Position numbers and translations under genes: made by a program | Shown: in pieces, positions 1 through 10,777 of the stretch | Layout of the letters: the number at the start of each line of letters is the position of its first letter | Position numbering within the stretch: the stretch's first letter is position 1 | Assembly: GCA_012030735.1 (NCBI GenBank) | Contig: JAAUUW010000009.1 | Coordinates: 18,023 to 42,022 of the forward strand | Reading direction: 5' to 3' | From: Acaryochloridaceae cyanobacterium SU_2_1 | Lineage (GTDB): Bacteria; Cyanobacteriota; Cyanobacteriia; Thermosynechococcales; Thermosynechococcaceae | DNA: 24,000 nucleotides | Notes under the pieces: generated by a model | Database searches by the model: none | Told to the model about the DNA's origin: nothing | Seen by the model: only the letters and a program-made list of their open reading frames with translations

Positions 1-124
1 TGTCCTTTTGGATGGTTTCATGAGCGGTATAGCCGCCCTCTGCATAGCAAGCTGGCATACCTGTGGCCCGGAGTAACAACGAGGTGGCCGATAGCAGAAT
101 ACTCCCAATGAACCGATCGATGCT
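1..124 (-). CDS. Possible 5' part of a secreted/lipid-associated protein running off the window edge; open frame ...RFIGSILLSATSLLLRATGMPACYAEGGYTAHETIQKD
   Basis: Open reverse frame to the window edge with a signal-peptide-like hydrophobic stretch; no clear ATG after the upstream in-frame TAG at 125-127. Confidence 0.25.
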
Positions 125-277
125 CTAGCAAGAGCGCTGCGAGGGGTGCTTGTTTACAGACGGTTCACCCTTAACTACACCCGGAAGGTGAAGGAAGGTG
201 AAGCTTAGGGAATGGGAATGATATAGTCAGAATCACAGTAACTCTAATCACAGCAACTATACTGGCTCCCTTCCACC

Positions 278-1323
278 GTGACTCTTAACTGGCAAGTCAT
301 GAATGCGCAGCCCTTAGAGCAGTGGCTATCCCCAGCAAAATATCAGCACTACACCCTCCTGCTGATGCAGCAAGTCAGTATCACTCAGCAGCAGACTAAA
401 TATTTTCTGCGGCTGTGGATATATTTGTTGTTGAAGGACTCTCAGCTTAAGCGAATACCGCTGCAACCGCCCTTGACTGAGTTGACCTTGCCCCAAGGCT
501 GGTTCACCTGTAGCTGCAAGGAAGTCGCCGAGGTGTTCTATTGCGATCAAGAGCAGGGGAGTAATCGTTCTGCAGGCATGATGCTCGATAAATTAGCCGT
601 CCTAGGATTGATTCGTAAACGCTTTGATGGCAATTGCACCCAAATTGAAATTCAAGCTCCGCCAGAGCTGCTGCATCCTAATCTTCAAGAGCTGCATATT
701 CTCCTAGAGCCAGATCAGTTTGACCCCCGATGCGATGCGGTGCCCATTGCCAATCTCTTGGCCAGTAATTATCAATGGCTGAATCGCAGTCTTAAGGCTT
801 CTCCCTATCGGATCGCCAATATTCTTCGCGATTGGGCCGAACACTATGCTACGGGGATGCGGGTCCTCCGTCGGGGTGACAATCACAATCCTCTGGGATT
901 CTATGCCCTCTATCCTACCCAATCTATTTCAGAAGCTAAGTTCTTTAGTCCTCCTAGCCAAGGACTTCATTTGAGTCAAGTCACGGCGGTCGATCCATTT
1001 TTGATGGCATCCCCTGGGGACTTAAGCTGCCGAGCTGTGTTTGTGCGCAGTTGGATGATTGATCGCCCTTATCGCCAGTATTACCGGGTCCATTTTTCTG
1101 CGAGATGCCCAGCAGACCATGGTGAAACTTCGATCAAGATTTTCCGAATTTATGGGATATGCATACTTTGATTATCCATCCCAGTTATGAAGATCTCGCT
1201 CAAGCCTTGGGGTTTCAGAAAGCCTGTGCTGATCCCAAATTACCTATTCGTTGGATGTACCAGTCGGTGGATCGCTTTTTAGAACTCAATATGGAAGAGG
1301 TGGCGGGTCAACTTAGCCCGTAA
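278..1323 (+). pseudogene. Conserved cyanobacterial-type protein with a possible N-terminal winged-helix region; frameshifted near its C terminus (ATG at 299 is an alternative start)
   Basis: ORF 278..1171. Removing one T from the T run at 1093-1097 and one A from 1125-1127 gives ...YYRVHFLRDAQQTMVNFDQDFPNLWDMHTLIIHPSYEDLAQALGFQKACADPKLPIRWMYQSVDRFLELNMEEVAGQLSP* ending at 1323. Confidence 0.6.
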
Positions 1324-1403
1324 ACAGTTGGGGCTGGACGATTGTGAAGGCCAATTATGAGCATCTCTGAACCTAGGGTAGTTTCAGCAAGGCGGGTACA
1401 GGG

Positions 1404-3986
1404 CTAGCATGAGACCCTTGTTCGATGCCATTGATCACTGATGGTCTGGAGGGTTCGAATTGTTTTTTCGTAGATTTTTGGCCCCGCTAGCTCAATCATA
1501 ATGGGCATTAATTTAAATAGGTTATGGCAGAAGTCTTCTTGTTTAGTATGGGGCAAAGAATGCAAGAGTTCACACCATAGGCGATGGTCAATGCGAGGGG
1601 GATGCAGTTGAGGAAAGAGTTGAATTAAGGTTTTGGCGCGGCATTGATCATCCACAAAATTAGTCGCTGCGAATAAGCTCTGGGTCAATAAATCTTCTGG
1701 TAAATAAGTGGTAAGGGAATTTAAGGCTGAGGGTGCGGGCAGCGCTGGAACTGAGCTGGAAAGCCTCTTGTCTTTGGGTCCGAGCCTCTAGTTGGCTGAT
1801 AGCGTTGGCATAGGGGGTTGGATCACAATAGGTTTTGTATAACGCTAAGGTTTGCAGCAGTAAGGGGGGGGACAAAAATGGAAGCAGGAGGTTGAGCAAG
1901 GTTTTCTGGGCTTCTCGATCTTTGCTGCGGATCAAACTGGCAAATGCTTTTTGCAGTAGGAGTTCAGGTAAATGGGGTGCCAACTGCTGGAGGGCATGGC
2001 GGCGGGCAGGTAAGGCTGCAATTGCGGTGGTAGCCTGTAAAGCTTGGGGTAGAAATCTTGGCCATTGCAAGGCCAGCAAGCGATAGGTCTCGGCCTGAAG
2101 GGTCGGATCGGGGCTATTATCAATCAGTTCTAAGACCTTGGGCAATAAGGAACTATCTTCTAGGGCGAGATGCGTCAAGGCTAGGGTTTGGGTTGGTTTG
2201 TGGGTGAGGGAAAAGCCGATGTAAATGGCTTGAGATCGCAACGCCTCGGGCAGCACCGGTAGAATTTGTCGCAGAGCCTGATAACGGCAATGTTCTTGGG
2301 AGAGAGTTTTAATTCGTTCTAACAGCTCGGGCCATAGCTCCTGGGGTAGATAGGGACTCAAGGCTGCCATCACGATCACCGTGGCGGCTTCTTGCTCGAG
2401 TTTCTTGAGAATGTTAAAGCACAGATGTAGATCAATCGCACTCAGATAGGGTGCGAGCCGAGCCAAGGCGATCGCACAGGCCCATTCATCAGGGATTTTA
2501 CAAGCCCGTTGAAAGGCATTGCCCAACAGATGGGGCCAACGAGGCACCAACAATCCATAAACATCTGCTTGGATGGTCAGATCACAATGGACATCGCAGT
2601 GAGTGGTGAGCTGAGAGAGAGCCGTCTCAGGCACAGCCCTGGCCATGGCATGCCAGACTTGGGCCAAGAGTTGAGGATCTTGATCCGGGGAGGGGGGCAG
2701 TTGGCTGAGGGTCTCTAACACTTGAGGAATGGTGTCCGGCCAACGGGTCACCAGACCAGCGGCAACGGTCAGATAGGCATTGGGGTCCTCAAAGCTATGG
2801 AGAAGATCCAGCATCGGCACCAAGGCTAGGTCAGGCAAGCTCGACGCTGCTTCACAAAGCACCAGAGCGCGGTAATGGTCACTCGGTAAATTTTGAATAG
2901 ACTTGAGCAGCTCCAAGCAGAGCAAGGGGGGGAAGTGCGGAGCCAAGAGACAAAGGGAACGGCTGCGATCGCCTAGGTCTGGCAAGCTGTGAATCGCCTG
3001 TAAAATATAGACAGAAAAAGAGCTGGGCAAATGGGGAATCAGGGCTTGTAACAACCGGGCCTGATAATGGGAATCTTGCGCCAGTTCCAGATGAGCGATG
3101 GCTTGGTCGGGCCGCCAAAGCTGTTTCTCCACCAAGGTCGCGATTAACTGGGGTGGAATATTTTCGATCGCATTTTGCAAGGATACCAACATCAGCGCAT
3201 AGCGACATTGCAACTCAATGGCCTCCGTTGGTGCCTTTGCATAAGATTGCTCGGCGAGCTGCCAAGCCTGATGAATATCTTTGCAAAAAGTCGGTAAGTA
3301 GCCCTTACGATCACAGGCTTCGTACCAACCATTGGTTCCTGCAGCCGTCTCCTCCGCTAACAACCGATGAATGCAATGCTGATCACCCCCTTGCTGAAAA
3401 TGCCAAGTGAGATGGGCATGAATATAGCCATCATCTGCCAAGCTATGCCAGAGTCCTCCTTGAGTGGTTGCAAAATAGCGTTTTAGTAAAATCCGATGGG
3501 CTTGTCTAGCGGTAAGATTTAAGCTTTTGAGATGGGTGGGAATATCTGGAGAATATTCTTCTAGGAGTAAATCTTGCGCTAATTGCCGAGCGTAATCATG
3601 CAGACTATATACAGGCATCTGTTGAAATGATCTGCCCTTGGTCAGCAATTGCTGATCAGCCAATAAATCCAAGACCCGCCCAGCTTGATCAGGCATAAGC
3701 TGCCAGAGAGTTGCTGCCGTACTAGCTGTAAAGACCGCATCGGGGCTAAAATTCCCAACCAGGCAAATTGCCAGACTTGACTGGGGGATAAATTCATCAA
3801 TTGATCCGCAGCAAAGGAAGGAGCGACTTGCTGTCGGGACAGCTCACGGCTCTCTTCTGTCTCCAGAAAGTCCGCAAGATTGAAGGGATGAGACTCTAGG
3901 CAATCCTCAAGGCCAAAGGTAGACAGGGGCCTAGCAGAAGGGAGCCAAGCAAGGGTTGTTTCTAAGTTACTCACACCATCTTGCAT
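1404..3986 (-). pseudogene. Remnant of a STAND/NB-ARC-type protein: winged-helix-like segment followed by a long alpha-helical repeat (HEAT-like) region; no P-loop part visible
   Basis: Three reverse ORFs (3642..3986, 1660..3696, 1404..1688) join through frameshifts near 3742-3745 (WLGILAP/DAVFTASTAATLWQLMPDQAGRVLDLLADQQLLT) and near 1720-1760 (LNSLTTYLPEDLLTQSLFAATNFVDDQCRAKTLIQLF). Segment YSLHDYARQLAQ...GLWHSLADDGYIHAHLTWHFQQGGDQHCIHRLL...NGWYEACDRKGYLPTF followed by repeated LxxLxPHLP-type helices. Confidence 0.6.
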
Positions 3987-4307
3987 GGGATCACAAAACT
4001 GTCCGGGCTAGGTTTCGAGGAAAGACTGCTCCCCTGGCCAGCAATTGGGCACCAGAGGTGATTTCTCTTAGTATTCCCCTTAACTCTCAGGGATAAAACA
4101 CTGAGGGGTCGCTCCTGAAAGTGAATCTAATGGTCTTGGTCAGTAAGCTCGGGAATGGGGGAAGTGCGATCGCAAAGTCAAGCCCCTCTTCCGCTGCTGT
4201 CCCTAAACTGTTTACAATCGGAATGCTTCACTTGAATTTTATTCAGTCAGCATCTGAACAGACTGGTCTTTGCCACCCGGGTGCTGAGTCACAACCCCAC
4301 TTAAATT

Positions 4308-5501
4308 ATGACCTCGGTACCACCCCATCTAAAAGCCAAAGCCCTCAACCCCAACAGCCCCCGTCCCGCCAAAGAACTCTGCAGCGAATGTGGCCTCTGT
4401 GACACCTACTATATCCACTACGTTAAAGATGCCTGTGCCTTTCTCAACCAACAGATCGCTGAGCTAGAGGAGCAAGCCCATGGTCGCAGCCGCAACCTAG
4501 ACAACCCCGATGATTGGTATTTTGGGGTGAGCAATCAAATGCTAACGGCGCGCAAAATAGACCCGATTCCAGGTGCGCAATGGACTGGTATTGTCAGTAC
4601 CATTGCCATCGAGATGCTCAAGCAGGGCAAGGTGGAGGGAGTAGTCTGTGTGCAAAACACAGAAACCGACCGCTTTCAGCCCCACCCCGTTATCGCTCGG
4701 ACCCCAGAAGCAGTCCTGGCTGCCCGTGTGAATAAGCCCACCTTATCTCCTAATTTGTCAGTCTTAGAACAAATTGAACAATCAGGAATGAAGCGGTTGT
4801 TGGTGATTGGTGTGGGTTGCCAAATTCAAGCCCTACGAACAGTGCAAGACAGCCTGGGCCTAGAAAAACTCTATGTCTTGGGTACCCCTTGCGTCGACAA
4901 TGTTAATCGAGCCGGATTGCAGAAATTTTTAGAAACCACCAGCCGCTCCCCAGAGACAGTGGTTCATTACGAATTCATGCAAGACTTTCGAGTCCATTTC
5001 AAGCATGAAGACGGGTCCATCGAAATGGTGCCATTCTTTGGCTTGAAGACTAACCAACTCAAAGATATTTTTGCCCCCTCTTGCATGAGCTGTTTTGACT
5101 ATGTGAATTCCCTTGCAGATTTGGTAGTGGGTTATATGGGTTCCCCCTATGGTTGGCAATGGCTAGTCGTGCGCAACCAAACCGGGCAGGAAATGCTGGA
5201 TTTAGTTACCGATCAACTAGAGACCCAACCCGTCATGGCAGAAGGCGATCGACATAGTGCTGTCCAAAACAGCATTCCTGCCTATGACAAAGGAGTGACC
5301 CTCCCCATGTGGGCTGCCAAGCTGATGGGCGTTGTGATCGACAAAATTGGCCCCCGAGGTCTAGAATATGCTCGCTTCTCCATTGATTCTCACTTTACCC
5401 GCAACTACCTTTACGTCAAGCGCAACTATCCAAAGAAGCTAGCTGCCCATGTCCCTGAATTTGCCCAACGGATTGTTAGCCAATATAACCTACCGGATTA
5501 A
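4308..5501 (+). CDS. bciB: Ferredoxin-dependent 3,8-divinyl chlorophyllide a 8-vinyl reductase (BciB / FrhB-HCAR family)
   Basis: 397 aa intact ORF with CSECGLCDTYYI, GVGCQIQALR, GTPCVDN, CMSCFDYVNSLADLVVGYMG motifs typical of the family. Confidence 0.92.
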   Translation: MTSVPPHLKAKALNPNSPRPAKELCSECGLCDTYYIHYVKDACAFLNQQIAELEEQAHGRSRNLDNPDDWYFGVSNQMLTARKIDPIPGAQWTGIVSTIAIEMLKQGKVEGVVCVQNTETDRFQPHPVIARTPEAVLAARVNKPTLSPNLSVLEQIEQSGMKRLLVIGVGCQIQALRTVQDSLGLEKLYVLGTPCVDNVNRAGLQKFLETTSRSPETVVHYEFMQDFRVHFKHEDGSIEMVPFFGLKTNQLKDIFAPSCMSCFDYVNSLADLVVGYMGSPYGWQWLVVRNQTGQEMLDLVTDQLETQPVMAEGDRHSAVQNSIPAYDKGVTLPMWAAKLMGVVIDKIGPRGLEYARFSIDSHFTRNYLYVKRNYPKKLAAHVPEFAQRIVSQYNLPD

Positions 5502-5510
5502 CCGCGCTCT

Positions 5511-6095
5511 ATGTCTCCATCCTCTGATGCTCTAACCCAGTCGCCAAACCTCAGGAATCTGGGCAGTACCTTTCGCCTTGTGGGTTGGATCAGCTTCTGG
5601 ATTAAATTGGTGCTGGTGGTGGTTTCTGGTGTTACCGTACTGTTTGCCTTCTTCAGTCGAGCTGCGAATACAACCCAAGCGAGAAACCCCATTAGTGGCA
5701 TCGGTCTATTCTTTACGGTCTGTGGCATTCTGCTGCTAGGGGTGAGTGTGTATTGGAGTTTTCACTATACCCGGTGGGGACGTCGATTTTTGGCCAAGAC
5801 AGCGTCCTCTCAACCCTCCAAAGCGGGCACCTTAAGGCTACTCAAAACTGTTCTGATTACAGATTTAGTGGGCATCTTAGTGACGGTTATCGGCGGGGAG
5901 TGGTTAGTAGGGGCGATTATTGGCAAGGCGATTTCCCAAGGGGTAGCCGTGTTTAGCCTCAATCCTAATCAGTTAGTCGAACCCATTGATTTATTTGTAA
6001 TCCAAGCTTGTATGAATGTCATCGTCGGCCAGTTGGCAGGGATAGTGGCAACCCTGATCCTGTTACAGCGGACGACCCAACCCCGACCCTCCTAA
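5511..6095 (+). CDS. DUF3611 family membrane protein
   Basis: 194 aa intact ORF starting 10 bp after bciB; N-terminal FRLVGWISFWIKLVLVVVSGVTVLFAFFSR and multiple hydrophobic helices. Confidence 0.8.
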   Translation: MSPSSDALTQSPNLRNLGSTFRLVGWISFWIKLVLVVVSGVTVLFAFFSRAANTTQARNPISGIGLFFTVCGILLLGVSVYWSFHYTRWGRRFLAKTASSQPSKAGTLRLLKTVLITDLVGILVTVIGGEWLVGAIIGKAISQGVAVFSLNPNQLVEPIDLFVIQACMNVIVGQLAGIVATLILLQRTTQPRPS

Positions 6096-6106
6096 AGTTT
6101 TCCTTG

Positions 6107-6742
6107 CTAAGGCTCCCCTTGACTGAGCCAGGCAATTGCCCCTCGAATCCAGGCTTCTGTATCAGCGTTTTTACCCAAGGCCGATGTTTCTCCCACGGCT
6201 TGCAGGGCAGCCATCACCTCTTGGCTGGTATACCCCAAGGCCAGCAAGGTCATTTCTACGTCCTCTTGAATACTAGCAATGGGTCCAGCACTGGGTAAGG
6301 GAGTGAAGCCAGCTTGGGTGCGCCATTCAGCTAGTTTAGTGCGTAGTTCTAAGGCAATCCGCTCTGCGGTTTTTGCCCCCACTCCTGGTGTCTTCGCCAA
6401 GAGTCGGGTATTGCTACTCACAATTGCCTGCACTAAATCTTGAAAGCCTAGGGTGTCAATTAATGCTAAGGCTAATTGAGGACCAATACCACTAACAGCA
6501 ATCAACTGCCGGAACAGATCCCGCTCAGCTATCGATGCAAATCCAAAGAAAACATACTGATCCTCGCGGATTTGCAGATGCGTAAAAACCTGAATGACCT
6601 CTGCCTTTGGGTCCAGTTGCTGGCGAAAACGGCTAGGGACTTGTAGCTCGTAACCAATCTGATTGGCCTCTAGGGTTAACATCGTTCGGTTACTGCTATG
6701 GCGGTGCCAAGCAACGACTTGGCCCTTGAGGTAACCGATCAT
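6107..6742 (-). CDS. ruvA: Holliday junction branch migration protein RuvA
   Basis: 211 aa; MIGYLKGQVV...LEANQIGYELQVP, HLQIREDQYVFFGFASIAERDLFRQLIAVSGIGPQLALALIDTL, TPGVGAKTAERIALELRTKL. Confidence 0.95.
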   Translation of the reverse strand: MIGYLKGQVVAWHRHSSNRTMLTLEANQIGYELQVPSRFRQQLDPKAEVIQVFTHLQIREDQYVFFGFASIAERDLFRQLIAVSGIGPQLALALIDTLGFQDLVQAIVSSNTRLLAKTPGVGAKTAERIALELRTKLAEWRTQAGFTPLPSAGPIASIQEDVEMTLLALGYTSQEVMAALQAVGETSALGKNADTEAWIRGAIAWLSQGEP

Positions 6743-7488
6743 GATAGCAATCGAAAATGATGCAGCCCTTCGAGAATACCTGCTGCACAGGATCTGGTTG
6801 CCAGATAATGATAATCAGCCCCATGTTCCTTGTACCATTGCAACAACTCTGGTTGAGCATTACCCACCACAACCCCCCGTTCTTTGCCAACACTAAACAA
6901 GGCTTGATCATTGCCTGAATCACCACAGACAATGGTCTGCTCAGCGGAGATATCGAACTGTTCACGCAGAAATAGCAGCGCTTGGCCCTTATCACCACCA
7001 AGGGGGAGAATATCTAGATCTTTGCCGCCGCTATAGACAATTTTGGTATCTAAGCCCCGAATATGTAGCGCAACTTTCAAGCGAGGAACTAGATCTGAGG
7101 CTAAGTGAGGTGCTAAATAGAAACTGACTTTATAGGGGCGCTGTTCTGAAGCAGGCTGGAGTACTAAGTCTTGAAAATGAGCCGTGATCGCCAAGATATC
7201 CTCCCGGACCCAACCATTATCGAGCGTTCTAGACCAGTCTGGATCTGGAGTGCGACTATTTTGATAGTAAATTTCCGTGCCCACAGAGGTCACCAAGGCA
7301 TCTGGGTCTAAGAGAGGTTCGGTTGCTTTGAGCTTCAGATAAGAGTCATGAGAACGTCCGGTAGAGTAGGCTAGCAGGATGTCTTGCTCTTGTCGAAGTT
7401 GCATTAACTGTTGATTGAGTCGTTCGAGGGCGGCTTGATCCCCCACCAGTGTATTGTCCAGATCAGTTACCAATAAGAATCTTGTCAC
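6739..7488 (-). CDS. spp: Sucrose-phosphate phosphatase (HAD superfamily)
   Basis: 249 aa; N-terminal VTDLDNTLVGDQ, STGRSHDSY, VTSVGTEIYY, CGDSGNDQALF; overlaps ruvA by 4 bp. Confidence 0.88.
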   Translation of the reverse strand: MTRFLLVTDLDNTLVGDQAALERLNQQLMQLRQEQDILLAYSTGRSHDSYLKLKATEPLLDPDALVTSVGTEIYYQNSRTPDPDWSRTLDNGWVREDILAITAHFQDLVLQPASEQRPYKVSFYLAPHLASDLVPRLKVALHIRGLDTKIVYSGGKDLDILPLGGDKGQALLFLREQFDISAEQTIVCGDSGNDQALFSVGKERGVVVGNAQPELLQWYKEHGADYHYLATRSCAAGILEGLHHFRLLS

Positions 7489-7546
7489 AGCCTTTCCTAA
7501 ACTTGCTTATATACTCCAGTTTATTCTGCGGCGAAGGCCAAAAATC

Positions 7547-8800
7547 ATGAATTTTCCTGGGGATCGCCAGAGGCCATTTTCGCTTCCTCATCTTAGACCA
7601 GAGGTATGGATCCTGGTTTGGGGGCGGTTGCTATCTCAAATCGGGACTGGTTTCACCCTGTATTTTCTCCAGATCTTTTTTGTGAATCAAGTGGGCCTGT
7701 CTGCCACGTCTGTAGGGTTTGCCATCAGTAGTGGTTCCCTGTCTGGGGTGCTGGGACGGGTACTGGGCGGCTCTATGACCGACTCCCATGGCTGGGGACG
7801 TCGACGCACCCTATTGTTATCGGTATTGATCTCGGCGGGGGGGGCTGGGTTGGATTGCGCTTTCCCAAGACTTGACGTTGCTCATTGGCGGTAATTTGCT
7901 GATGGGGTTGGGGTGGGCTTATATTGGCCATCGATGGAAACCTTGGTGGCGGATTTGAGTATAGGGGAAGAACGTCGTACTGCCTATACTCTCACTCGCC
8001 TTGCCGATAGTACTGGTTTGGGGGGAGGGATTATTTTAGGAGGAAGCTGGATTGCTCTCACCCAGGCCTATCGAACCTTATTTGTGATTGATGCCATTTC
8101 TTTTTTGATCTTTTTTGCCATTATTTTTGTGGGCATTAAAGAGGTACCTCGATCTCTGCGCCCTAGCCGTTTGGGTTGGCAAGGATGGCTGGTGGCGCTT
8201 CAAGATCGACGCTTGCTGACCTTTGTGGCTGCCAATATTCTAATCACGATGTATCTATCTCAAGTGCATAGCACAATGCCCCTCTATTTCAAGAACTTTG
8301 CTGGGCGGGGACAGGGATTATCGGAGGTAGCGATTACTGGTTTATTTACCTGGCATTTGGGTTTGACGGTGATCAGCCAACTGCCTGTTGCCTACCGTTT
8401 GCGGCGCTGGACGGCTCCCCATGCGTTGATGCTATCAGTGGGTTTGTGGGGCTTCGGGTTTCTGACCATTGCTCTGGTGGGTATCAGTGCTGAAGATGTG
8501 ATGTTCTGGGCGATTGTGGGGTTGGGGGTGTTGGCGATCGCAACTGTCGCCTATCTCCCGCTCGCCTCTGCCTTAGTGGCAGACCTCGCACCAGAGGCGA
8601 TGCGCGGGGTCTATCTTTCCATTAATTCCTTATGTTGGGCCGTTGGCTATTGTATTGGCCCAGCGCTAGGGGGCATCGCCCTTGATCATCGCCAACCTTG
8701 GGTCGATTTTTACTGGATAGGATTGGCCCTGACGGTGGGAATAGTCCTCATAATTTTGCTACAGCTCCATCAACTTTTGCTGCAGACAGTTGCAGACTAA
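7547..8800 (+). pseudogene. MFS transporter, disrupted by two offsetting frameshifts
   Basis: ORFs 7454..7894 (likely start ATG 7547) and 7913..8800. Intervening frame reads IALSQDLTLLIGGNLLMGLG, giving ...SAGGAGLIALSQDLTLLIGGNLLMGLGVGLYWPSMETLVADL...; indels near 7850 and in the G run near 7911-7913. Confidence 0.75.
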
Positions 8801-8991
8801 TGGCCTGGTTGCTCTCACCGCGAGGGGCACCTAATATTTTATTCACTGAATCGTACGCTCTGCGAGGAAGGGCATCGCTAGGTAAGATAGATATGATTGA
8901 GATCTAATTTAGGATGTAGAACCCGCCCTGACACTCAATTTCGAGGATAAACAGACCCACTACAAGCACTGATTGTGACAAATTTTTAGCC

Positions 8992-10529
8992 ATGACCCTC
9001 TGTATCTCACCTCATTGTCGCCAACCAGACAATCCTGACACCAGCGTTTTCTGCCAGACTTGTGGCTCAGAACTCTTGCTAGAAGGCCGCTATCGGGTCA
9101 TGAAGCTCATTGGCCAAGGGGGCTTTGGTAAAACCTATGAAGTCCTCGAAACCCAGCGAGTAACGGGCAGTGGTAACAGTGGCATTCCTAAGGTCTTGAA
9201 AGTGCTAACTGATACCCAACCCAAGGCCGTAGAACTCTTTACTAGAGAGTCTCAGGTCTTGAGTCAACTGCATCATCCTGGCATTCCTCGGGTTGAACGA
9301 GATGGCTCTTTCATTTTTTGGCCCAGAGATAGCCAAGCCGCTGTTCACTGCCTGATTATGGAGAAAGTAGAGGGTTTAGATCTCTATGGCTATATGCAAC
9401 AGCGACAATTTAGACCCATTAGTGAACAGTTAGCCCTTGAATGGCTAGTGCAAACCGTTACAATTTTGCACGTTGTCCATTCAACAGCAGTTTTTTCACC
9501 GAGATATTAAACCTTCAAATATTATGCTCAGGCCCGATGGCCAATTGGTTCTGATTGATTTTGGGGCTGTGCGAGCAGTTACCCAAACCTATATGGCCAA
9601 GCAGGAAGCCCAAAATGTCACTGGCATTCACTCCATGGGGTTTACCCCCCCAGAACAGATGAATGGACAAGCAGTGCAACAGTCAGATTTTTTTGCCCTA
9701 GGGCGAACCTTTGTCTATCTACTCACGGGCAAAGAACCGACGGATAGTAGTATTTACGATCCCTATAATGATCAATGCCAATGGCGAGCCGCTGCTCCGC
9801 AGGTCTCCGCAAGTCTAGCGAGCTTAATCGATCACTTAATCGCTCGCTTGCCCAAGGACCGGCCAGCCGATACACAGAGTATCCTGCAACAACTGCATGC
9901 CATTGATCAAGGCATTGAGACTGCTCGCCAACACCAGCCTGAGGATAGCAAGCCCCAGGCTGTTTCTGCACCACCCCCGCCCCCCACCAGTCTCTGAGCC
10001 GCCGCCCTTTCAACCACCACCCTTCTCTAGGCCGCCAGTCCCTCTCACTCAATCAGAATCTGGGGTGCCGGCTACGGAGTTTCAACCTCCCCTCCTGGCC
10101 CATCAAACGTTCAATCCCAACACTAATCCAGATGTCGCTCATGCTCCGGTCTATTCGCCATCTCTGACTACAGGAGCCGGGACACCGCCCTCCTTGACCT
10201 TAGGACAGGCTAATCAACATATTAAGAATGCTTGGATAGCTGGGATTGTGACCAGTGTTTTAACCTTAGTGGTCGCCTTCAGTGCAGGGGAGCAGGGGGG
10301 ATTTCTATTAATTGATGTTGTGCTAGCGGCTGGCTTAAGCTTTGGAATTTATAAAAAGAATCGGGCCTCTGCCCTGATAATGCTGATTTACTTTGCTATC
10401 AGCAAAATTCTGCAATTGAGTGCAGCCTTTAATCCCTTAGCACTCCTCTTTGGGATTGTATTTCTCTACCTCTATGCCCAAGGTGTACGGGGTACCTTTG
10501 CCCACCATGCCCTCACCCAATCTCGATAA
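8992..10529 (+). pseudogene. Ser/Thr protein kinase: N-terminal zinc ribbon, Hanks-type kinase domain, Pro-rich linker, C-terminal membrane segments; two frameshifts
   Basis: ORFs 8992..9510, 9473..9997 and 9897..10529. CISPHC...FCQTCG; LIGQGGFGKTYEV; HRDIKPSNIML; LIDFGAVR; breaks at CATTCAAC near 9480 (ILHVVHQQQFFHRDIKPSN if one T is removed) and in the C-rich tract near 9970-9985. Confidence 0.8.
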
Positions 10530-10777
10530 CTCTGTGCAGGTGTTAACACTCTGCTGTTACTCTAGCAGCAGGATAGGTTGAGCTTGATTTTGCGTCGTTC
10601 TTAACCCTCATTAGACAGACACAGCTCTGAGGGAATATCCACAACCTAGATCTCCTCTACCTAGAGTGATGAAAGAGAGATCGCCACCACTACCAAGATT
10701 CCCAACCCCTGAGAATTAGCCCTTGTTGCCCATCTCCACCCAATGCTGATCCCGGCATCAGCCTCTTTTCAAATTCA

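Noticed and set aside
1450-1462. GGTTCGAAT resembling a tRNA T-arm
   Set aside because: No flanking acceptor, D-arm or anticodon-arm complementarity could be found.
1835-3410. Plus and minus shadow ORFs across the helical-repeat gene (1835..2086, 1932..2123, 2509..2718, 2879..3208, 3153..3410)
   Set aside because: Compositional by-products of a Leu/Ala-rich coding strand; no motifs.
4121-4402. 93-aa plus ORF overlapping the bciB start
   Set aside because: Different frame from bciB across the overlap; tail is Pro/Gln/Arg-rich shadow of the bciB 5' end.
9723-10052. 109-aa minus ORF opposite the zinc-ribbon kinase
   Set aside because: Antisense to a clearly coding region; low-complexity Trp/Arg/Gly-rich composition from the Pro-rich linker; no recognisable family.
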